A stretch of DNA of 32,000 nucleotides from Trichodesmium erythraeum IMS101 (GTDB taxonomy: Bacteria > Cyanobacteriota > Cyanobacteriia > Cyanobacteriales > Microcoleaceae). The stretch is taken from positions 5,610,001 through 5,642,000 of the forward strand of contig NC_008312.1 in the NCBI RefSeq assembly GCF_000014265.1, given 5' to 3'. Position numbers and translations under genes: made by a program. Shown here piece after piece: positions 26,193 to 32,000 of this stretch. Each line of letters begins with the position of its first letter. Within the stretch, counting starts at the first letter, position 1. The notes beneath the pieces were generated by a model. It searched no databases. It was not told the origin of the DNA and worked only from the letters and a program-made list of their open reading frames with translations.

Positions 26193-27668
26193 TTATTTGA
26201 CTCCGGATGTCATTAACAGACCTACTTTTTCTATTGTAGCAGTGGCAGCATCTAGAATATCAACAAATTTACCTTCATATATTATAGCTATGCGATCGCT
26301 CATAGTCATTATTTCTTCTAGTTCTGTAGAAATATATAAAATAGCTGCGCCCTTTTGTTTCTGAGCTAGTAACACTTGTTGTACATATTCGGTGGCACCA
26401 ATATCTAAACCACGAGTAGGTTGCATCGCCACAATTAAATTTGGTTCCCCAGAAAGTTCCCGCCCCAGAATAATTTTTTGTTGGTTTCCCCCAGAGAGTT
26501 GACTTGCTTTTAGCTGTGGATGGCTGGCACGAATGTCAAATTTTTCTATGGTATTTTTTCCATAATTATTGATCGCTCCAAGTTTCAAAAAACCATAACG
26601 ACAAAAAGGTAAAAACTGGAACAATTTTAAAATCAAATTCTGAGCAATACTAAAATTAAGAATTAACCCCATTTTCTGGCGGTCTTCTGGGATGTATCCA
26701 ACTTGGAATTTATCAGTTAAATTATTGGTAAATTTGATCTCGCCCTTTTCCAGAGAACGCAAGCCATTGATCCCATCAGCTAATTCTCTTTGACCATTAC
26801 CATCTATTCCTGCCACTCCCAAAATTTCCCCACTATAGAGTTGAAAAGATAAATCATCCACAGCAGATAAACCTTGGTCATTTTTCACTTCTATGTTTTT
26901 GACTTCCATAACAATATTGCCTTTTTGAGTAGGCTTTTTTTGGGGAATTAAATTTACTTCTCGCCCTAGCATCATTTTAGCTAATTTATGAGTAGTAGTT
27001 ACTGCTGTTGTGATAGTATCTACAACTTGACCACGGCGTAAAACTGTCACAGTATCACAAATATTAATTATCTCTTCTAGTTTATGGCTAATAAAAATAA
27101 TTGTATGATTATTCCCTGCTAATTTTCGCAAAATATTGAGTAAAGATTTTACCTCTACTGGAGTTAATACTGCTGTGGGTTCATCTAAAATTAAAATTTT
27201 AGCTTGGCGATAAATTACTTTGAGAATTTCTACTCGTTGCTGAGTACCTATTGGTAAATTGGCAATTTTAATATTAGTTGGAATTTCTAAATTATAGGCT
27301 TTTGCCATGGCATTAATTTCTCTAGACTTTGCCGATAAGTTGAGATGAAAATTTCCACTAGTTCCTAAGATAATATTTTCTGTTGCTGTTAATTGTGGTA
27401 CTAACATAAAGTGTTGATAAATCATACCAATACCATAATTAATTGCTCTACTGGGGGAAGAAATTTTGATTGGTTTATCTTCTAGATAAATTTGACCAGA
27501 GTCTGGTTGGTATAGTCCTGATAATATGTTCATTAAAGTGGTTTTTCCGGCACCATTTTCTCCTAGGATGGCGTGGATAGAACCAGCAGCAATAGAAATA
27601 CTAATATTATCGTTGGCGATCAAGTTTCCGAAACTTTTGGTGATGTTTTCTAGCCGTAGGTATGCCAT
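26193..27668 (-). CDS. ABC transporter ATP-binding protein with two ABC domains (sugar/nucleoside, BMP-associated type)
   Basis: Domain 1 has GENGAGKTT, LPIGTQQRVEILK and ILILDEPTAVL. Domain 2 has GVAGIDGNGQREL, LSGGNQQKIILGREL and IVAMQPTRGLDIGA. Confidence 0.92.
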   Translation of the reverse strand: MAYLRLENITKSFGNLIANDNISISIAAGSIHAILGENGAGKTTLMNILSGLYQPDSGQIYLEDKPIKISSPSRAINYGIGMIYQHFMLVPQLTATENIILGTSGNFHLNLSAKSREINAMAKAYNLEIPTNIKIANLPIGTQQRVEILKVIYRQAKILILDEPTAVLTPVEVKSLLNILRKLAGNNHTIIFISHKLEEIINICDTVTVLRRGQVVDTITTAVTTTHKLAKMMLGREVNLIPQKKPTQKGNIVMEVKNIEVKNDQGLSAVDDLSFQLYSGEILGVAGIDGNGQRELADGINGLRSLEKGEIKFTNNLTDKFQVGYIPEDRQKMGLILNFSIAQNLILKLFQFLPFCRYGFLKLGAINNYGKNTIEKFDIRASHPQLKASQLSGGNQQKIILGRELSGEPNLIVAMQPTRGLDIGATEYVQQVLLAQKQKGAAILYISTELEEIMTMSDRIAIIYEGKFVDILDAATATIEKVGLLMTSGVK

Positions 27669-27973
27669 TTCAGTTATTACTTATTAGGTAAGTATTCAGG
27701 GCTCAAGATTTAGTTATGAGTTATTAATTCATTATATTGGAAGGAGAAATTAGCCTCCAAGGAAAATTAAAAAGTTATATATGCAATTTTACTACTGGGC
27801 TTGGCTGATGACGATGTGGTTTATCAATCTCAAAAGCGCTATCCAGTAGCCAGTTTTTTGATTAGGATATATATGCAGATTTTTGTTATTATAGAACCCT
27901 TTTTGCAAGGGTAATTACTACAAATTATTCTTTGCAATTGTATTTGTATTTTTATTCCTAATTATTCGGGATT

Positions 27974-29041
27974 TTATTTAAAACAAACTTGTTCTTCACC
28001 ATTTTCTGAACAGTCTTCAAATTGCAACTTTCCAGTTAATATTTTCTGCTGACTTTTTTCTACTATTTGCTTGATTTTATCTGGCACAATATTATTGAAA
28101 CGACCTAATTTAGTAATTTCTGGGTTTTCAATTCCTAAAATATATTTTTCTCCTTTAAGTTGATTGTTTTTGGCTAAATTAGCAATATAGGCGATCGCTT
28201 CTCCCACATTCTGAACTGCACTGGTTAGAACTGCTTTTGGAGCAATATCTAACTGATCTGTAGTATTACCCACTGCATAAATTCCTTGTTCTTGTGCAGT
28301 TTGTAAAACTGCCGGAGCGGCATTATCTAATAAGTGATAAATTACATCAACTCCTGTGGAAATTAAGGCTAAAGCTGCTTCTTTTCCTTTGGCAATATCA
28401 TTAAAGTCTCCAGTGTAACTAATGACGACTTCAACTATAGAATTTACAGACTTAGCTCCTAACTCAAATGCCCGACCTTGTAGGTTAGTTCCCTTAAAAG
28501 ATAAACCAGTAAGATAAGCAACTTTATTAGTTTCAGTCATCAAGCCAGCAACAACACCAGCAAGATAACCAACTTGGAAGTAATTTGTTGTTACTGAAGC
28601 ATAATTTTCTCCGGCAATATTACCATTAACTCCTAAAAAAAATGTACCTGGAAATTGACTAGCTATTTGTTCAATAGCAGCATCAAATTGCCCTCCATGA
28701 CCAATTACTAAATTATAACCTTTCCTGGCAAAGTCTGAGATGGTTTCTGTTTGGTCTGCTTGAACAACATTTTCTACATAAATCATCTCAGCATTGAGTT
28801 TTTCGGCTGCTTTTTTGACTCCTTCATAACCAGATTGATTCCATCCTCCATCGGTTATAACTCCCGGCAAAGCAATGGCAATTTTAAAGGTTTCAGAACT
28901 ACTACCGGAGTATATAAAATTATTATCGGAATTTTCTGTGGTTTTAGAAGCAGAATTAGTACAAGCTTTTAATAAGAAGCTAATTGCTAAGGCTGTTGAC
29001 ATATAGCCAAGAAATGAACGTCTATTTAATTTTTTATTCAT
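27974..29041 (-). CDS. BMP-family (Med/PnrA-like) ABC transporter substrate-binding lipoprotein
   Basis: Signal peptide with a lipobox (RRSFLGYMSTALAISFLLKAC). The mature part has FKIAIALPGVITDGGWNQSGYEG, NLVIGHGGQF and VAYLTG, typical of the basic membrane protein family. Confidence 0.88.
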   Translation of the reverse strand: MNKKLNRRSFLGYMSTALAISFLLKACTNSASKTTENSDNNFIYSGSSSETFKIAIALPGVITDGGWNQSGYEGVKKAAEKLNAEMIYVENVVQADQTETISDFARKGYNLVIGHGGQFDAAIEQIASQFPGTFFLGVNGNIAGENYASVTTNYFQVGYLAGVVAGLMTETNKVAYLTGLSFKGTNLQGRAFELGAKSVNSIVEVVISYTGDFNDIAKGKEAALALISTGVDVIYHLLDNAAPAVLQTAQEQGIYAVGNTTDQLDIAPKAVLTSAVQNVGEAIAYIANLAKNNQLKGEKYILGIENPEITKLGRFNNIVPDKIKQIVEKSQQKILTGKLQFEDCSENGEEQVCFK

Positions 29042-29475
29042 ATTTTAATATTCCTCTAAATATAATAATTTACGGTGGAGTTAGGAACCAGAAAATATTT
29101 ACTATTGTTGGTTTTTTTGACTATCTAAAATAGTATTTGTAACTATCTTAATTATTTTAATAATATCATTATTTACATATTGCTAACCTAACTTTATAAA
29201 TTAATTAGTAATGGAAAATAGGGACTTAGTTAAACATTTTACCATTAAATCTTAATTCATGGTTTATCTACTTGGGAAGTTAACTTTTAATCTTTATTAA
29301 CTTAATGCTATGGTAAAAGTTTTTTATGTTTTTAACACATATCTTAGATTTTAGATTTTTCTAAAGTTGCAATTTTTGCGGTGGAATAGCAGATGTAGTT
29401 AATAGAGGCAAGCACAAGAATATTGTGGCCCAATTTTTCATTTTTCTTTGTCCTTAAATTTATGTAAGTGTTAAT

Positions 29476-30261
29476 ATGACGGAAGTACAATTAAAAGGTC
29501 AAGAACAGTTAATGTATCGAAGACCTGAAGACTTGAGGGAGTTATTTAAGGGTATTCTTAGTGATGATTCTGATACTCGCAAAGAAGCTAAGAATAAATT
29601 GTCAAAATGGCTCTGGAAACATCCGAAAATTGGTATGGTAGTTAGGAAAAGTTTTTCTCGGATTAATTTTGATGATTCACAGGAGTTTTATAATGATTCT
29701 TTGGTGGAAGTTTTCTTTAAATTTGACTTAATTGTTGAACTTTTTTTGAAAAAAAATCAAATTACTCTTAATCAGCTTGATGATATTTCTGAGAAAAAAT
29801 TGAGTGCTTCTTTTATTAAGTATTTTAATCGCGCTCATTATAATAAGGCTTGCGATTTATACCGAAAATTTCAAAATAAACGTGAAATTAATGGGCAGAT
29901 TATTATTAGTTTAGACCAGGTTAAAAAGGATGAGAATGGTCAAGATTATAAAACGGTTGGTGATGAAATTACAGACCACAAAAATTTAAACGATTTAGAT
30001 AATTTTAATCTGGGGGATTTTTCTGAGGAAGCTATAGATAATTTACCTATTTTTAATGGTTATAAGGAGAAGTTGCGTAACTGTTCTAAAAAGGTTGACT
30101 GTTGGGAAATTTTACGGCTGAAGTGTCAAGGATTTAAGCAAACAGAAATTGCTGAAAAGTTAGGTGTTCATCAGTCTAAAGTTAGTCGCAATTGGAATAC
30201 TAAATGCCTGGAATGTGTGAAGAAAATTATTGGGGAAAATAATCTGGATTTAGAGGTTTAG
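29476..30261 (+). CDS. Sigma-70-like / region-4-type HTH protein (divergent)
   Basis: 261 aa. The C-terminal CWEILRLKCQGFKQTEIAEKLGVHQSKVSRNW looks like a sigma region 4.2 / LuxR-type HTH. The N-terminal part is only weakly sigma region-2-like. It is followed 101 nt later by the DUF1822-like gene. Confidence 0.5.
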   Translation: MTEVQLKGQEQLMYRRPEDLRELFKGILSDDSDTRKEAKNKLSKWLWKHPKIGMVVRKSFSRINFDDSQEFYNDSLVEVFFKFDLIVELFLKKNQITLNQLDDISEKKLSASFIKYFNRAHYNKACDLYRKFQNKREINGQIIISLDQVKKDENGQDYKTVGDEITDHKNLNDLDNFNLGDFSEEAIDNLPIFNGYKEKLRNCSKKVDCWEILRLKCQGFKQTEIAEKLGVHQSKVSRNWNTKCLECVKKIIGENNLDLEV

Positions 30262-30362
30262 AATTAGGTAATTAATATTCCTCCGTTTCTCTATTAACTT
30301 TTTACATAATCTGTCTGTCAATCTTTGGATTAATTGTTAACTAAAATTTGGTTATTTTAACT

Positions 30363-31190
30363 ATGAATAATATTACGGAATCATTGATTTTTCGAGTTCC
30401 TTTGTCTCCAAAAAGTCACGCTCTGGCTGAAAATTTTGCTCAACAACAATTGGTTAAAAAACGGGCAAAAGAAGTTTATCTTAATACTCTGGCTGTACAT
30501 ATTGGTCAGGATTTTCTGGATGGCTTAGGTTTTGAAACAAATTTGGAGAATGCTGACTCTTTTAATGCTTTTTTGCGGATGACTGAGGATGTGGCTGATG
30601 TAATTATTCCAAATTTGGGGGCTGTCGAATTTAGGCGAGTTTTACCGGGGGAAACTGGTTTTTTTATTCCTGATTTTGTCAGAGAAAATAGGCTAGTTTA
30701 TGTGGCTGTTGCTTTTGATGAATCTTTGGATTTTGGGGATATTTTAGGGTTTGTTTGTTTGAGTGATTTAACTGAGTCTGATGGTTATATTCCTCTGGAT
30801 ATTTTACAACCTGCTGAAAATTTATTGGATTATTTAATGCAGTTAGAAGCGGGTAGGGATTTTCTGTTGAGTGATGATTCTTTGGCTGTGGAATTTCGTG
30901 ATGTTGTGGGGGCGGAAACTCGGGAAAAATATTTGGGTTTTATGGCGGCAGCATTAGAGGCTATTTATCGTCAGTCTCCTGATGATGGTGGTAACTGGCG
31001 CGCTCAAGGTGGAAATATTTTGGCGGGTGACTTGCCTTGGGTGGGTAAGGATGCTGAGGAAAGAATGGTTATTGCTTCCAGAGAAAGAGATGAGGCGGAA
31101 GATCCTGTGGTGGAAAATAAGTCGGTGCCCCGTAGTACTCAAAAGTTGGCTAAACGACTTTTGGGAAAACTTAAGGATATTTGGGAGTAG
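30363..31190 (+). CDS. DUF1822-like protein (cyanobacterial family of unknown function)
   Basis: From the ATG at 30363. AKEVYLNTLAVHIGQDFLDGLGFETNLENADSFN...EDVADVIIPNLGAVEFRRVLPGE matches my memory of the DUF1822 signature (VYLNTLAV...WLGI.TD...SDSWN...DVADL.LP..GKLECRPVLP). The assignment is from recollection only. Confidence 0.55.
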   Translation: MNNITESLIFRVPLSPKSHALAENFAQQQLVKKRAKEVYLNTLAVHIGQDFLDGLGFETNLENADSFNAFLRMTEDVADVIIPNLGAVEFRRVLPGETGFFIPDFVRENRLVYVAVAFDESLDFGDILGFVCLSDLTESDGYIPLDILQPAENLLDYLMQLEAGRDFLLSDDSLAVEFRDVVGAETREKYLGFMAAALEAIYRQSPDDGGNWRAQGGNILAGDLPWVGKDAEERMVIASRERDEAEDPVVENKSVPRSTQKLAKRLLGKLKDIWE

Positions 31191-31368
31191 GTTTGGTTGA
31201 GGTATGGAAACGTATGTATCTAATATTAAAATATTTTTCATTTCGATGTATTTGATAAACGCAGAAATAAGCTGCTAGGGTTTTGTCTGGGAGTTTACCC
31301 AAGTCCTGACTATGTAGTATTTTTGAATAAGTTTTGATTAATTATTATGACTTCAAATAAAAAAAACT

Positions 31369-32000
31369 ATGGATGAACAACGCCTAACCGCATACGCTAA
31401 ACTAATTCAACAACTCCTAAAGTGTCCTGAAGGTCAAGAGTCAAATGTTCTCCAAAACCACCAACACCTCATAGATGAAAGATTAATTCCTGTAATGCAG
31501 AAATATGGTCAATATCTGGCTAAAACAGGTAATGAAAATCAAGCTCAATGTTTTTTGAATATAGCTCAAACCCTAGCACAACAGTTAAATAAGTTGCCAA
31601 ATGCTGTTGCTGAGGAGTCTTACATGACTCTACTGGAACAGCTAAGAACAGCAAAGTTAGAAAATTGCGACGACTCGGCACCTGTCTACCATATCCTAGA
31701 TCACAACCGAGACCTTCTTGATGAAAATATTGCTCGTGTTCTCCCACAATATGCATCTGACTTGATCACCAAACTTACTGCTGAAGATACTGGTGGTTTT
31801 GTTGACTTGATCGAAAGCCTGAGTTATGATTTTTATAGTTTTCCACGGGGCAACAGAAAAGCTAATATAGAAATAGCGATCGCTGGATATTTATTTGTCC
31901 TCAGCTACCGTCAGGAAAATACAGAAAAATGGGCAGGAGCTCAAAATAATCTCGGTGCTGCCTACTTTTACAGAATAAGGGGAGACAAAGCCGAAAATAT
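31369..32000 (+). CDS. TPR-repeat protein, N-terminal part (open to the window end); the family is often C-terminally CHAT-domain
   Basis: I translated an open frame from the ATG at 31369 to the end of the window with no stop. It is missing from the ORF track because it has no stop. MDEQRLTAYAKLIQQLLKCPEGQESNVLQNHQHLIDERLIPVM is the stereotyped N-terminus of cyanobacterial TPR/CHAT proteins. AQNNLGAAYFYRIRGDKAENI begins a TPR unit. Confidence 0.65.
   Translation, partial: MDEQRLTAYAKLIQQLLKCPEGQESNVLQNHQHLIDERLIPVMQKYGQYLAKTGNENQAQCFLNIAQTLAQQLNKLPNAVAEESYMTLLEQLRTAKLENCDDSAPVYHILDHNRDLLDENIARVLPQYASDLITKLTAEDTGGFVDLIESLSYDFYSFPRGNRKANIEIAIAGYLFVLSYRQENTEKWAGAQNNLGAAYFYRIRGDKAEN

Overview
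AT-rich chromosomal segment that reads as a filamentous, Nostocales-like cyanobacterium. Supporting signs are six HIP1 octamers (GCGATCGC at 10806, 12745, 16136, 26292, 28191, 31876), heptamer STRR-like repeats, a petH with a CpcD domain, prk and ndbB. There are three zones. (i) 1-13.5 kb holds housekeeping genes (prk, petH, HAD hydrolase, ndbB, alpha/beta hydrolase). They are separated by unusually long non-coding spacers and decayed mobile DNA: two IS630-family relics bracketing prk, a tnpB relic after petH, and small inverted-repeat elements. (ii) 13.5-26 kb is an accessory-looking block. It holds an RTX-tailed PAP2/vanadium-haloperoxidase-like protein, an overlapping ParA-like ATPase + HEPN-like gene pair, and a membrane pentapeptide-repeat protein with a 36-unit in-frame hexanucleotide (Val-Ala/Gly-Ala) array. 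It also holds tRNA-His, a Ser/Thr-kinase pseudogene abutted by an IS607-type element with truncated tnpB, a glyoxalase-like protein and a membrane-anchored NACHT/STAND NTPase. (iii) 26-32 kb holds BMP-type ABC transporter genes without permeases, then a sigma-like HTH protein, a DUF1822-like protein and the N-terminus of a TPR protein that runs off the window. The best candidate for an undescribed system is the translationally coupled ParA-like/HEPN-like pair (16403-18203). The TM-NACHT gene and the sigma-like/DUF1822/TPR cluster are secondary candidates. All calls come from reading the ORF translations, motifs and repeats by eye; no database search or folding program was run.
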